This document shows, piece by piece, positions 26,240-38,559 of a stretch of 64,000 nt of DNA. Origin of the DNA: Camelus ferus (taxonomy: Eukaryota). The stretch covers positions 117,058,001 to 117,122,000 of the forward strand of contig NC_045697.1 of assembly GCF_009834535.1 (NCBI RefSeq), in the 5' to 3' direction. A program made the translations under genes and the position numbers. Each line of letters begins with the position of its first letter. Positions within the stretch are counted from its first letter, which is position 1. The notes below the pieces were generated by a model. That model did not search any database, was not told the DNA's origin, and saw nothing but the letters and a program-made list of their open reading frames with translations.

Positions 26240-26880
26240 TTCTTGTGTCACAAAAACAGTATTTTTTCTCTAATGTTTCTGAGAATATTCATTGTACGTT
26301 TTCTCAAAATTTCATCTGCTCCTCACCTCGCATTGCATCTCTTTGCTCTGAGATTGTTCCTTTTTCTTGTATTTATTTATTTATTTTTGTTGGTTTCGAT
26401 CTGTAATGTCACTAAGTTTTCTTGGTTCTCCATGGGTTGCACATTCATACTGAAGAGTAAAGGAAGCTCTGGGTGCATGAGTGAGCTCAGACCGTGATGT
26501 CGTACCAGAGGGTGACCCGCTTCCTATGGCGGGTACCCATGTCTTTGCTCTGGATCATCTCAACCTCTCTGCCAAGTCTTCTGCCTGGTGGTTGCATACT
26601 GCAAGCCAGAGAGCGGAGGAGGCTGGAGAGCTGGTCACTCAGTTTGTAGACTCCCTTAATCCCTAGATTTTTGGCATGGCACCTTGGGCTGTGCTTCTAG
26701 GTCTGTCTGCATGGAGAGGGCAACCATCTTAACCAACCCTTGAGCCTCCAGCTTACTCCCCACCTCCACAGACTCCCATCTTCACCCCTTCCTAACATGC
26801 ATGGCTCTAAGTTCTGAATCTTTCTGAGATTCTGTGGCTCCAAGCATATTAGTGCCTGCAGTTTTCTTCCCAGGCAGGCA
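26240..26880 (-). mobile_element. Old L1ME-class 5' region fragment
   Basis: CTAAGTTCTGAATCTTTCTGAGATTCTGTGG and T-rich antisense L1 composition. Confidence 0.5.
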
Positions 26881-26924
26881 AATAGGGAAGAGCATTCTAT
26901 ATTCTTCTAAGTCGCTTACCACTC

Positions 26925-27185
26925 AGAGCAACAAAGCAGAGAGCGTTCAGGTGTCCGGGCTCTGGAGAGAAATTGCCTTGGGTCAAACCCTGAATCTGTC
27001 GCTTATGCAGGGTATAGACAATCCTGGGTAAACTCTCCCACCTTTCAGGGCTTTCCTGAACTGTAAATCGTGGGCAGTAATAGCATCAATCACATCACAT
27101 CACTGGGGCTATTACAACAACGAAGGCATTTGCGAAAGCGCCGGGCACATCACAGGCGCTCCATAAACGCTTGGGTTTATTATGC
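26925..27185 (+). mobile_element. MIR SINE
   Basis: GGGCTCTGGAG...CCTTGGGTCAAACCCTG...CTGTAAA...CGCCGGGCACAT..CAGGCGCTCCATAAA. Confidence 0.75.
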
Positions 27186-28825
27186 AGTTTCAGTCTCTCC
27201 AGAATCTGCTGATATCTACCAGCGACTGTTGGCCCCTCTCTCATTCTTGTCCTTATGGGTTAAAATAGTTGTCCTTACTCTTTATGACCAATTCAATAAT
27301 ACTTTGAGAGCAAGCTGATATAAATACACGTTTCATACTTTATAATCAAGTTTATCTCAATAATGAAACTCTCTCGTGTATCAGTATGACACTGAATTTT
27401 TTGGTAACATTTTGGTGACCTGTTTTGGTGACATGCCTGTTACTTCTGGCCTCTAGGACTCTAGAACCTGGCTTGCTTTCCAGTCACATCCTAGGGACCA
27501 GGATCCTGTTACTGAACTCTAGCTGGACCACTGGGGACAAGCATCTCTGATTGCAAGGACTTGCTTCTTAGAATCCCCAAGTCCCCGGTGCCTGGAGTCC
27601 CCATCACCGTGTCCAACCTAAGGACATACTTCTGCTTTAATTCATGGGGATTTTCAATGCCTGTGGCTTGTCCTCAGGTCCACCAATCACTACAGTATTC
27701 TTGGTGGGCCAGGCCAAATGGCTTGTTTTAGCATCTGGTGGGTCCTTCCCCGTTTTTGACAGGCCATGCCTAGGTGAGAACCAGGATGTGACACACCTTC
27801 CCTTTGACCTTTCCTCTCTTCCTGTTGGCCAATTCTCACTTCCCATTTCCATTTTTCTCCTCTTTCTCTTATTCCCTTCCTTCTCAGACATTTGAAGTAG
27901 CACTTTTAATAACTTCTTAAAATACAATTTAATAGCATAGGATGACAGATGCATTTATATTACATGCACTAGAAATAAGTTTGAGTGGATAAACACACAG
28001 GAAATAATCAGCAATGCATTATTGTTCAGGGAGATGTGATTGTTTCCTCATTACTACAATAAGAGACACTTTTATTTTTTATTGTTCATTTACAAAGCAT
28101 TCCTGGTTCACCCTAGCTGCACATCAAGCTTCATATTCCGAAATGAGAATCAGTAACAGGATTTCATTCATAGTCCGCTGGAGTGAAAATGATTTTGTGA
28201 AGATGTCATTTTCATAATCACTCTCCCCCACCACGACGGTCATTACTGTTAAATTAAGAAATGCACAAATATTTATTCAGAAATCTCTGAACATAGAAGG
28301 TTTGAGATTGTATTATATTTACTCCTCCCTCCCATGGGCTTTTGGGAAACAGCCATTTTGAAGTGGACAAATAATGACCTGAAATTCACAGAATGCATGT
28401 AAACTATCTAATTATGTGAGCTACTGAGTACGAGAGAGGAACAGATGCTAGAGTGTGTGCTGGTCTTGATGGCGGCTACCAGGTCTGGAACGGGAAAGGC
28501 CACTTGCTAAATTGTCATATACTAACTAGAAGACAACTGAATTTTTTTTTTTTTTTTTGGTTGCTCACTCTTGCCTACAAGTATATGTGTAATTGTGCCA
28601 ATTCTATTCTGTCCATGAGGGGCCGGGTAGCTTATTGACTGTGCGGAGATCAGTTGATTTTCCACTGCAGAGTTCAAATAAAGCAGAAAGCAACTTCAAG
28701 GAATGCATCTCATAGAAAAAGGGAGGGAAGAAGGAAGGAAGGGAGGAGGGGAAGGCGGGAGGGAAATTTGCTAAAACTAGTTCCTGTTCCAATGTCTGTT
28801 CCCATCGCAAGCACTGAGTCAGTTT

Positions 28826-28987
28826 TTAAAAATTCTTTTTGCTTGTTTGGCTTTTTGGGGGGGGGGTGGATGGATAATTAGGTTTATGTATTTATTTTTA
28901 GAGGAGGTACCAGGGGTTGAACCCAGGGCCTTATGCATGCTAAGCATGTGCTCTGCCACCGAGCTGCACCCTGTCCCCTCTCCCCCC
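28826..28987 (-). mobile_element. Camelid Vic-1-type SINE
   Basis: TAATTAGGTTTAT...AGAGGAGGTACCAGGGGTTGAACCCAGGGCCTTATGCATGCTAAGCATG; degenerate TSD CACTGAGTCAGTTT / CATTGAGTGCAGTTT. Confidence 0.9.
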
Positions 28988-29231
28988 GGTCACCATTGAG
29001 TGCAGTTTGCTAACATCAGGTGTACTCACACAGACCACGGAGTTCCACAGCTCCCCATCTCATCATGAGAACCATGCTGGAAGTCAGACAGGCCAAGTAG
29101 TACTTCTAATTTGAGTTTATGCTCCTCAACGGCTGGTGCACACACAATCAAAATTACAGGGAGGACTTTGGAGAGTTTAATATTTTTAATAAATTTAAAT
29201 CCTTTATTTTTGTCATATTTTAAATGTAATT

Positions 29232-29367
29232 GGGTGGGGGGTGTGGAGCACATAGCTCAGTGGTAGAACTTACACTTAGCAGGCACGAGGTCCTGGGTTC
29301 AGTCCTAGCACCTCCTCTAAAAATAAATACATAAACCTAATTACCTCCCCCCTAAAATTTTTTTTTA
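29232..29367 (+). mobile_element. Camelid Vic-1-type SINE
   Basis: ATAGCTCAGTGGTAGA...GAGGTCCTGGGTTCA...AAACCTAATTACCTCCCCCC; TSD AAATGTAATT (29222-29231 / 29368-29377). Confidence 0.92.
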
Positions 29368-31269
29368 AAATGTAATTCAAAGTTTAAAAGATATATTAGC
29401 TGAAGGGAGGGTCTGTCATGGTTTAATTTTTTTATCTGCCTGATCCTGGAGAGACATTTCCTCACGTCTAACCCAGTTACCTCCGTGAATTCACACACGA
29501 CGCTCCGTTCTGTTACAGCAACTCAACAACGTTAACACTTCATCATTCAGGGATTTTTTTTTTTGAGAAAATTAAGAGCTCAAAAGTAGAAAATACAAAC
29601 ATTCTTCCTTTTGCTTCTATAGGCTTGTGTTTGCTGCCTCAGGAACTCTGTTTCAGCTTGAGAGGAAAACATAACTTCTTTAATGAAGAGTTCTTTGGGA
29701 ACCATTTTGCGTTAGTGAACCCTATAAAATGATGGGTTTTGAGAGCTTTCCCCTCCTGTTAATGATCTTCAAGGCTTGTTGGAAAATGATGCTTTTCAAA
29801 ATTTAAAAAAGTATGTATTTTGTCAAATATGAGTGTCTCCCATCCACACATGCCAGGCCCAGGGCTGTGCAGCTCCAGGTAAAGATGCCCCGTCTCTGAG
29901 CCTCATTGGTCGACTGACCGACTTACAGGTAAAGTGAATGAGTCCTGGCGTTTTGTCAAAATGGCTGTAGCTTCCCTGCACATTTGTAAAGCATGGTCGA
30001 TGGAAGGAGACCCATGCAGTTTGTTTTTCCCGCTGAGGCTCAGAAGAGATGAGCCACAAAGCCCTAAATGCCTTTCCTGTGTTGAAGACTGATCTGGCCT
30101 CCATCACACGTGTAGGGTTCAGAGTCGCTTAAAGCACGGTGACCTTGGAGGCAGGTGAGAATGTGAACTCCATCCCTATGTGCCTTTAGTCCCTTCACTC
30201 TCAGACAGCGGGTACCCAACTGTATCTCTGACTCCAGCTCGGTTTGCCCATCTGTGACCCACAGGTCAGCACTGACCTTCAGATGTGTCTTTGTGAGGCC
30301 ACTTCTAAAAATGTTTTTGTTGCTCCATGCAACAAAATAATCTCGATTGCTAATTTTTCTAAGAAAAAAAAAATCAGAAGCTCTGTCTGAGCTCAGGCAT
30401 CTGCCCCACATGGGACCAACTGGCTGGAGCGGAGAAGGGCTGGCTCCTCTGGATGCTCTTCCTGCAATGATCTCCTTCCTCCGCCCACATGTTGGCTTCT
30501 GTTTACTTGCCTGGACCCACAGCCATTTCAGTTTGCAAAATTTGATTTAGATTTGGGGTAGCGGCTAACCTATGGAGCCCCAGTTTATGATGCAGGAAAG
30601 GCGAATCCAGCTGCACCATACGGAGCAGACACTGGATTTCAGTCTCCTGCTCTCTCTCTCAGCCAAGTAGCCTTGTGCAACAGGCAGGCTGCCCGATGTA
30701 CACCAGAGCTGAGCATATCAGGATAAAAGAGGATTCTGTACCAAGATGGAGGTGAGCAAGGCAGTAGCACTTGTACAGCGCTGGTCGGTCATCATTGCCT
30801 GGAAGAAAAGGCCAAAACCAAAAACTAGGAAGTCACTGCTTTGTTTTAAAGGGACAACAGCATCACTGACCTGCTTCAGGCAGATGTCATTCACAAGGTG
30901 TAGGTGAAGCATTCATTAAGATTCTCCTAACTTTTTCTTTTTGAAAAGCTCAAACCTGGTTCATATTTTCACAAGTGTGAATCTTTTCAGGAGTTCCTGA
31001 GCCTGCCTATGCTGTCAGTGGCTCTTGTCGGTGGATCTTGTTCCTTTTTTAAAGCAAGCACTGTGTGGGAATGTTTGAAACCCAAATTCATCGAACAAAG
31101 CTCATCTGGCCATGTGTGGGTGTTTGTAAATCTCAGCTCCAGGAGAGAAGTGGGTGGGCATTTCCTGTTCCACCTGTAATTCAGGGCTGAGGGGGGTCTC
31201 CCACGTGTGATGGCCTCATGGGGAAACACTGCAGCCTCACAGCCATGCCCATTAGAGTGGGTGGAGACC

Positions 31270-31845
31270 TGGATATGAGCAGAGAAAAAGGGTACAGAGG
31301 CCAAATGGAGACCACACATCTTGTGAACAGGGGTCCTCGGGCAGACAGAGAAAAGCGGGAACCTCTGGACTGATAAGCGATCACACATTTTGGGGTGACA
31401 AGTGCCCCAGAGGCTGACAAAGAAAGATGGGAAAAGGAAGGAACCTCCAGTGTCTGAATATAACCTTTGGCTCATTATGCCCTCATTTCAATAAAATTAG
31501 CCTTGCAGATTAGAAGTCCCCATCATGCACTGACGCCGTGACACTGCTCTTCCAGACTAAATAAGGACAAAATCCCTCCTCCCTTCAGGAAGGTGGAGTT
31601 GGGATGGAAATCAGGGAATATGACCTCAAACCCCTCCCTTCCCAGTGAATATTCTGCCTATTCATTTTTACATCCCATATAATCAGCCTGTCAATGAAAC
31701 TGAGGGCAGCTGCTCACCTGAGTCTGCCCGCTCTCCCCTTGAGAGAGCACTGTCAGGTAATAAGTCCTTGCTTTGCTTTCTTAATCTCTGTGTCTTGTCT
31801 CGGAATTCTTTCTGTGATGAGACAAGAACCTAATCACTGACAACA
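31270..31845 (+). mobile_element. ERV1-class solo LTR (5' boundary uncertain)
   Basis: TATAA near 31678, AATAAG polyA-like signal, U5-like GAATTCTTTCTGTGATGAGACAAGAACC...CAACA. Confidence 0.7.
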
Positions 31846-33593
31846 CCCCAACCGCTGCTTTACCTTTGAGACAGGCTTGAAGGAGGAAGCTTTGCCTGTG
31901 CTTTGCTTATTGAAGTTTCCCCATAAAAGCCTGGTATTGATCTAGCATCCAAGGGGGTCCCTGTAAATGCTAGAGATGTTGCCCCGTGAAGAATAAATTG
32001 GTAGAGCTGTTTAGAGAGAAAAAGAAAAGAATTAAGCTAAGTCTTCAATGGTGACTAATCCATAAATGCTTTTAGAGAGAAAAGCTCAGTGTTCAGGTGC
32101 CTACAGAGGCACAGGGCCAAGTGCCTCATGGTTGAGAGCTGGGGGATCTAGGCCAGATATTTACAAGATCCTTTAGCCTGTCAGCTACACAGCATGAAAA
32201 ATATTTCCAAGCCAGGGTTATTCTTGTGGCAAACACTCAGGACTGCTGAGAAGGAGCAGTCTGTGTTTTGTGGAGTGCGTAATTATTCTGGGGGACCCTG
32301 GATTGGGTTTGCCTACTATCCTTTGCAAGAAGAAGGGAGAAAATGTTGGCAGAAAAAACAAATCCATCAGCTGTATGGCGGTTCTGAACTGAACACAAGG
32401 TCAGACGGTCAGAGATACGAGCGTTGTTCAGGTGGTTATGGGTGTTTGTTACTGCTGGTGTTATTCACCCAGACCACTCAGAAGTAAACCCAACAAATCG
32501 GCCGTGCAGCCACCTGGGTCATCCTCCCAGTGAACTGTGCCAGGGGCTTTCTGAGGCTCTGCGATGGAGGATGGAGCCCGGGGAAAGTGGATGGCATAGT
32601 TTTCCATTTTAACACACCTCCCACGCTCCCAAGTCAGTATTTCATAGATTGGGGTTGACAAGCAAAGCTATCTGAAGAATGAAACCTGATAGTCACCTAT
32701 TATCTGTCAAGGTAATGACTCCCTTAGGGTTTCTGGAAAAAGAATCCTTCCAATCTGGCATTTAAAAACCCTGCAGGTTTCAGCCTGTCTACCACCCCCG
32801 CCCCGCTGCAGCGGCCGGGTTCCAAATGGGATGCTGTGGGCTAGCAGCCCACCAAGTCAAGACGGAACAGAGACGCCTCTGACACTGGGTAAGCCCCTTC
32901 TTCAGGTAGTTCTATATGTCACAGGCAGGAAAAAAGAGAACTGGTTTTTTGTTAAATCAAGCATCCGCATCGACCCAGCTCGACTTACCCTGCACCAGCG
33001 TGTCAGGAGTGATGGAACTTTCTGCAGCAGTCAGGAGATATTTAACCACCTGCAGAAGACTCTCCACTGCTGGTTTGTCTGCTGTTTCAAATTGTTCCAT
33101 TTTCTGGGGTTTGGCTAACTATGGATGGGCTCTTAGAGTTAGAATATGTACTTTAGAGACATACCTTTCCCCCAAGTGGAAATAGTGGTTTATCCCTGGG
33201 AAAGTAAATACTTAAGACATTCCTATAAAGGGTGAAGCTATGAATTAAATTTGTTTATTCATTCTCACGCACCCTTGATGGAGCTCATCCTCCATACGGC
33301 TGCTTACATCATCTAGAAGAAAAATTCTGAAGTTCAGCATCATAAAGATAAATCTCTCAGAGTCCCCCTCTTGGCCCTCTCCTTTGGCTTGATTCGTGTT
33401 GTTATAATACAATTCTCACTGGGATTTCCCAAATCAATTTTTGCCTCTTAACCATCAAAGTCTTTGTTCTCCAATAATCCATCCTGTAACTTTTTCTTGT
33501 GTACTTTTTTTCCCATACGTTTCTCTTATATTACTTCCTTCAAGCCCCTGTTAACTCATGATCGGATCACTCAGCTGTTTTAAATGTATTCTT

Positions 33594-33789
33594 TTTACTT
33601 TATTGTATTTTTTACTCAAGTGTAGTTGACTCACAATGTTAGTTTCAGATGTACAGCAAAGCGATTCAGTTACACATGTACATGTGTGGATCTATTTTCT
33701 TTTCAGATTCTTTTCCATTATATGTTATTACAAGAAATTGAATATAGCTCCCTGTGCTCTACAGTAGGTCCTTGTCATTTGTCTATTTT
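33594..33789 (-). mobile_element. Short artiodactyl-type L1 3' end
   Basis: GTAGTTGACTCACAATGTTAGTTTCAGATGTACAGCAAAGCGATTCAG; TSD TAAATGTATTCTT / TAAGTGTACTCTT. Confidence 0.88.
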
Positions 33790-34689
33790 TAAGTGTACTC
33801 TTCACTTTCAAGACCTTTGATGGTCTATTTTAACTATGGCCTCAGGTGTGCAGCCCCTGCAGTGATCCAAGCTATCAGAGCACTTGGCTGTTGGACACTT
33901 GTCATTGATCAGATTAAATATAAATACCTATTTTCAGACATCAAGTCATTCTAGCTTACGGTTTTACTTTCTAACTAGTTATATGCTCTTTTTGAGTGGT
34001 TGTCATGACACGCCCTCCAGGAAAGCCGACACGTCTGTCTCTTTTGTGTTCCTGCTGGAACCCGACTCAAGTTTTCTCCTCTTCCTTAGAAAACCTAGAC
34101 TCTCTCACTGTTCTTCCACTTCTCCGTCTCTCATCCCCGGTCCCTCTCTTCCCCACCAGCTCTCTCAGTGGGTATTTGATAGTGGCGCTTTACGAAGACA
34201 TCAGCGAGAACAAGTTAGCAGCGGGTGAATAAAGAACAGCAACAGGAAGCTTATAACCCCAAATACTTTTAGGCGACTTCCTGTCACAAAGTGCATGTGA
34301 TGCTGCCCTTGGTTCCACCCACTCCATCTGCCACAGGAGAGTCTCGGGTTGCTAATTTAAGATTACGCTCATTTACAGTTTCTCTTAAGACTCAATGGTC
34401 AGAACAAGGTTCTCAACACCAAATCATGCTATTACTACAACAAGTGACATATTTTAAGGAAATGGCACCACACCCTTAATCATTTTTAGTTTAAAGGCAA
34501 CTAAAGGAAGATATTTAGGGTCCAAGTTAAAAGACTGATATTCCATGTAACTTCTCTGGGTCAGTGAGCAGAGAGACCCAGTTGCTCCCTGGATAGGAGT
34601 AACTTCTGGCCAAGGTGTGCATGTGTATTTGGGGACAGACTTAGAGTTTGGTCGGCATTCAGAGAGGCTGTACTGCCACATACGTGAAA

Positions 34690-34985
34690 AAATGCTCTAC
34701 TGGATGCATTTGCAAAGGATGCATGAAAACCCCCACCTCAAGGGGCTGGTGGGGGGGTCTTTCTGGGCTTAAAGGGTCAGTGGCCACCTTGGGCAGAAGG
34801 GGTGGTGGGTGTTTCCCGGAAAGGAATGATCATTACAAAGCAACATGGCAGGGACCCTCGGAGGGTGTTTAGGGAGCTGCACGTGGCAGCTTAGACTCTT
34901 CTTCATTGAGTCTAAGAACCGATGATTTAAAGCAGAAAAGTCACTTGATCAGATTGGAGTTTCAGAAAAATCAGTCAGTCAGCAA
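34690..34985 (-). mobile_element. L2 fragment
   Basis: TTTAAAGCAGAAAAGTCACTTGATCAGATTGGAGTTTCAGAAAAATCA motif. Confidence 0.5.
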
Positions 34986-35324
34986 AGTTGACTCGGTTAG
35001 TGAGTTTCCAACTATGTACCTGAAGAATACGGTGTAATCAAAGCTGCTCAAACCAAATAACAGTGGTTTAATTAGCGGGAAAAATGGGTAGTTTTCTCAA
35101 CTATAAGATTTTCTTTCATATTTTCTTTTCATTAAAAAGAATTCTTAATTACCTCTCCCTGAAGAAAAGCAAAAAAAATTCTAATTTTCTTGCCTACAAA
35201 TACCACAGATAACAAAAATAAATAAATAAAACATGTGGTATTGGTTTGACGAAAGTGAATAACTATATTAAAAACATCCATTTATGCTTAGTTTTAAATT
35301 AACATTTTGCAAACACGCTATCAG

Positions 35325-35421
35325 TTTTGTTTTTAATTGAGGTATAATTGACACATGACATTATATTAGGTTCAGGTGCACAGCCTAGTGATTCAATATT
35401 TGTATCTATTGCAAAATGATC
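35325..35421 (-). mobile_element. Very short L1 3' terminus
   Basis: TTTTTAATTGAGGTATAATTGACACATGACATTATATTAGGTTCAGGTGCACAGC...TGCAAAATGATC. Confidence 0.8.
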
Positions 35422-36326
35422 TGTGGTTGTGTGTTCGTGTTTTATGATAGAACTATTATACTTTCTGCTATAAAAAAAATCCCCAGTTTACTTTCTGAAA
35501 TAAATCTCTGTTTCACGATATCCATGGAATAAAAAAGCAGCAGGGAGATGGTCCCTGCCCCCGGCTGCCACCCCCCCCCACCTCTGCTCTCAGCTCTGGT
35601 CCCAGGAAGCAGTGACTTCCGGCCACCTTACACTGAGACACTTCAGCAGTGTCTCAGCTCAAGGCTCCCGTGTCTTCTCTCTTCTGCTGGTGGAGGAGCC
35701 AGGGCGGGTGAAGTTAGTTCTCAGGAAGAGGAGCGATGGAGCGAGCCGGCTTCCAACCGACCCTGACCAGGAGGTGCTGAGGACACTGGGCAGGTTGCAG
35801 GGTGGGTCCTGGTGGATCAGCTCCTACAGTCATTAACCTCCCACTTCCCATGATAACTCTGCACGGGGCTGTTCCTCCTGCCCCAAATCCTGCTCCCCAG
35901 TGAATGATCTGAATACAAATTTGGTCTCAGACTCCACTTGTGAGGATAAACCTTCCCTCTTGATGATGATCTCTTTTCTTCACTGAGTCTGAGACTGTCA
36001 GGGGACAGAAACATTCTTTGATGGGCAAGGAGACCTTTTTAAAAAAATTTTTTTAATTAATTTTTTAAAAAATTATTTGTTTAAACAAAGTTTATCTAGG
36101 AAGAGCAACTCATTAAGAGATAAAGCTGTTTTAAAATTTACATATATGTACTATTGATTGTTTCTATGAACAATTTAGAGGTTTTTAAATTCACATAGTT
36201 ATCGAAGGAATAAAGCCAACCACAAAATAAGAATCAACAGAATGCAGTAATCCAATCATAAAGGACAGTCAGATGTGCTTACACATATTCAAGAAATCAG
36301 TCATCTAAGTTATAAATAATAAGTAG

Positions 36327-36485
36327 TTCATTTTGTGTCCTGTTTTTTAGATTCTTGCTACTCAACCATAAAAAAGAATAAAACAATGCCATTTGCAACA
36401 ACATGGATGGACCTGCAGATCATCATTCTAAGTGAAGTAAGCCAGAAAGAGAAAGACAAATGCCACATGATGTCACTTATAAGTG
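36327..36485. mobile_element. Rearranged L1 fragment (two pieces in opposite orientation, no poly(A))
   Basis: 36355-36485 (+) encodes YSTIKKNKTMPFATTWMDLQIIILSEVSQKEK, the L1 ORF2 C-terminus; 36327-36354 is the adjacent L1 sequence on the - strand. Confidence 0.85.
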
Positions 36486-36996
36486 TAAGGAGAACTTTTT
36501 GGAAGCTGTTGCCACGATCAGGGCAAATACGACTAGCACACTGGTCTTACCTAATGTAGCACCAGCTGGGATGGAGCCCACGCACTGGTTATTACGAAAA
36601 CAATAATGTCCTGTTGGCATAGTGCTTTTTCATATTCAACATTGTGAACATTTTACGGTTTCTTTGTTGTTTTTTGTTTTTTTGTTCTGTTTTGTTTTAC
36701 AAATCTTTTTCTTTGTCCATTATTCCACTCTTTAACATCTAAAACAGATCAAAGTCAGTGCTGGTGCTGTGTTCTGGCTGATGGTGAGCTTTAGCGACTA
36801 GTGGGTGGCTTACTGGCTGGGAGGAGGCACGAGTCAGTCTCATCTTGGTATCTCCATATTCATGCCGAGTAGGCAGGAAGGGGATTATTTTCACATGAGA
36901 TGTGAGGAAACTGAGTCATGCGAAATGTGAATGGTTTTTCAAGGTCAGAGCAAAGACTTTGCTACAGATCTTAATAAGAAAAAAATATATATATAC

Positions 36997-37052
36997 TTTT
37001 TTTCACTGAGGTATAGTCAGTTTACCATGTTGTGTCAATTTCTGGTTTCAGC
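36997..37052 (-). mobile_element. Extremely 5'-truncated L1 3' end (~55 bp)
   Basis: TTTTTTTCACTGAGGTATAGTCAGTTTACCATGTTGTGTCAATTTCTGG matches the start of the copies at 4700 and 60250. Confidence 0.8.
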
Positions 37053-37091
37053 ATAAGAAATATATATATATGTATTTAGCAAGTCGTTCTC

Positions 37092-37240
37092 TTTTTTAAT
37101 TTATTTGTTTTTATTTTGCAGGGAGGTAACTAGATTTTTTTTTAATTAAAAAAATTTTTTAAATGGAGGTGTTGGGAATTGAACCCAGGACCTCGTACAC
37201 TCAAAACATTCACTCTACCACTGAGCTATACCCTCCCTCC
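37092..37240 (-). mobile_element. Camelid Vic-1-type SINE
   Basis: GGAATTGAACCCAGGACCTCG...CTCTACCACTGAGCTATACCCTCCC. Confidence 0.9.
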
Positions 37241-37242
37241 AG

Positions 37243-37244
<2 letters not shown>

Positions 37245-37278
<34 letters not shown>
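37245..37278. repeat. (AT)n microsatellite
   Basis: Pure AT dinucleotide run. Confidence 0.95.
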
Positions 37279-37281
<3 letters not shown>

Positions 37282-38559
37282 AATAACCCACAGAAACTAA
37301 GCTACTTTCTAATTGCTTTGCTGAACTATGTGTCTCAGACTTATTTTATGTATAATAAAAATAAACATAAATATTTATATTATATGTAACATTACGTTAC
37401 ACCGACATCCCCACAGCAGTTCTGAATCGAGTGAGAAATAGGCTAGAGAATTGGCAGGTGTAAACCAAACTATCTCCTGTATTTCTGATGGAGCTGAAAT
37501 TCATGAGTCAAGGCTTATTCGTTCAAGTCCAGAACTACAAAGACCTCCCCACTTAGTAGCCCGGGCTGTACACCCGCTGGTCCCTGTGGAAAGGAGAAAG
37601 GAGGGGCCTCGGTGTCACAAGACAAGGTTCTCTCTCAAAGCTTATTAAGAAGATTAAGGCACTACCTTAGGGAAGAGTGAGAGAGTGGAGGGGTCCTGGG
37701 GGTGGAATACAAGAACAGGGAATAAGGAATCCCCTTACATAACGTGGTCGCTCCTGAATTAATTCATTAGCAGCCTGCACACGGTGACCGCGATGTTTCA
37801 GGCACACAGGGAAGTGGTGATGAACAAGACAGAATGTTCCCTGGCTCCTGCTGCTGGCTAGCTTCTGAAAAAGTAAAGTGTTTCCTATATAAAATCAAGT
37901 ATTTCCTAGTTTTTGAGAAATCATAATATATGGTGGTAAAATGTGAATCATCTAATAAGAATGGATCAAAAACTTCAGACCACAAGTTGCCTGGAAGATG
38001 TGTATGTACTGCTGTTTACTGCATTATGCCATTAGGAGAGATAATCTAGTATCTGGTTGTCATATCAGATAATCTCATATCTGTGTGACTCTCGTGCGTT
38101 CAGAGAAATGTTTACCTCCCATTTCAAGCCTCTGCCTTTATACCTTTCCCGTGTCCAGGTGGAACAGGTGTCTCTCTTACTATAGCCTGAATCTCATTCT
38201 CTCCCCAGGTAGAAGCATTGGTCATCAATGTACCCCATTTCCCCCATTTTTGACAAAGAGACACAATTTAAACTTTTCCCATCTTAAATAAACAAGCAAA
38301 ACACACACACACTCTTACTGACCCTACATGCTATCCATCCTCTTTCTTGCTTCCTTTTTGTGGGAAATTTCTGAAAAAGAGAGGATAATCTAAAATCACA
38401 CATTCCTATTTAATCAATACCGGCTTTTTTTTTTCTTTGCTGGGTCGCGCCTCTGTACCTCTGCACACGCAGTTCCCTCTCCGTGAAGAGCCCACATCCT
38501 CGTCTCCACCTTTGGAGTCCTTACTTTCCAAAAAAGGACTCAGTCTAAGCTTCATATAC

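Noticed and set aside
27399..27434. Three short TTTTGGT(A/G)AC repeats
   Set aside because: Ordinary slippage duplication with no unique spacers; not CRISPR-like
30718..30815. Minus-strand acceptor CTTTTCTTCCAG followed by a short open stretch
   Set aside because: No strong donor and no recognisable peptide in any frame
30987..31475. Longest ORF in the window (162 aa, - strand)
   Set aside because: Partly antisense to an LTR, no recognisable domain, and a length compatible with chance
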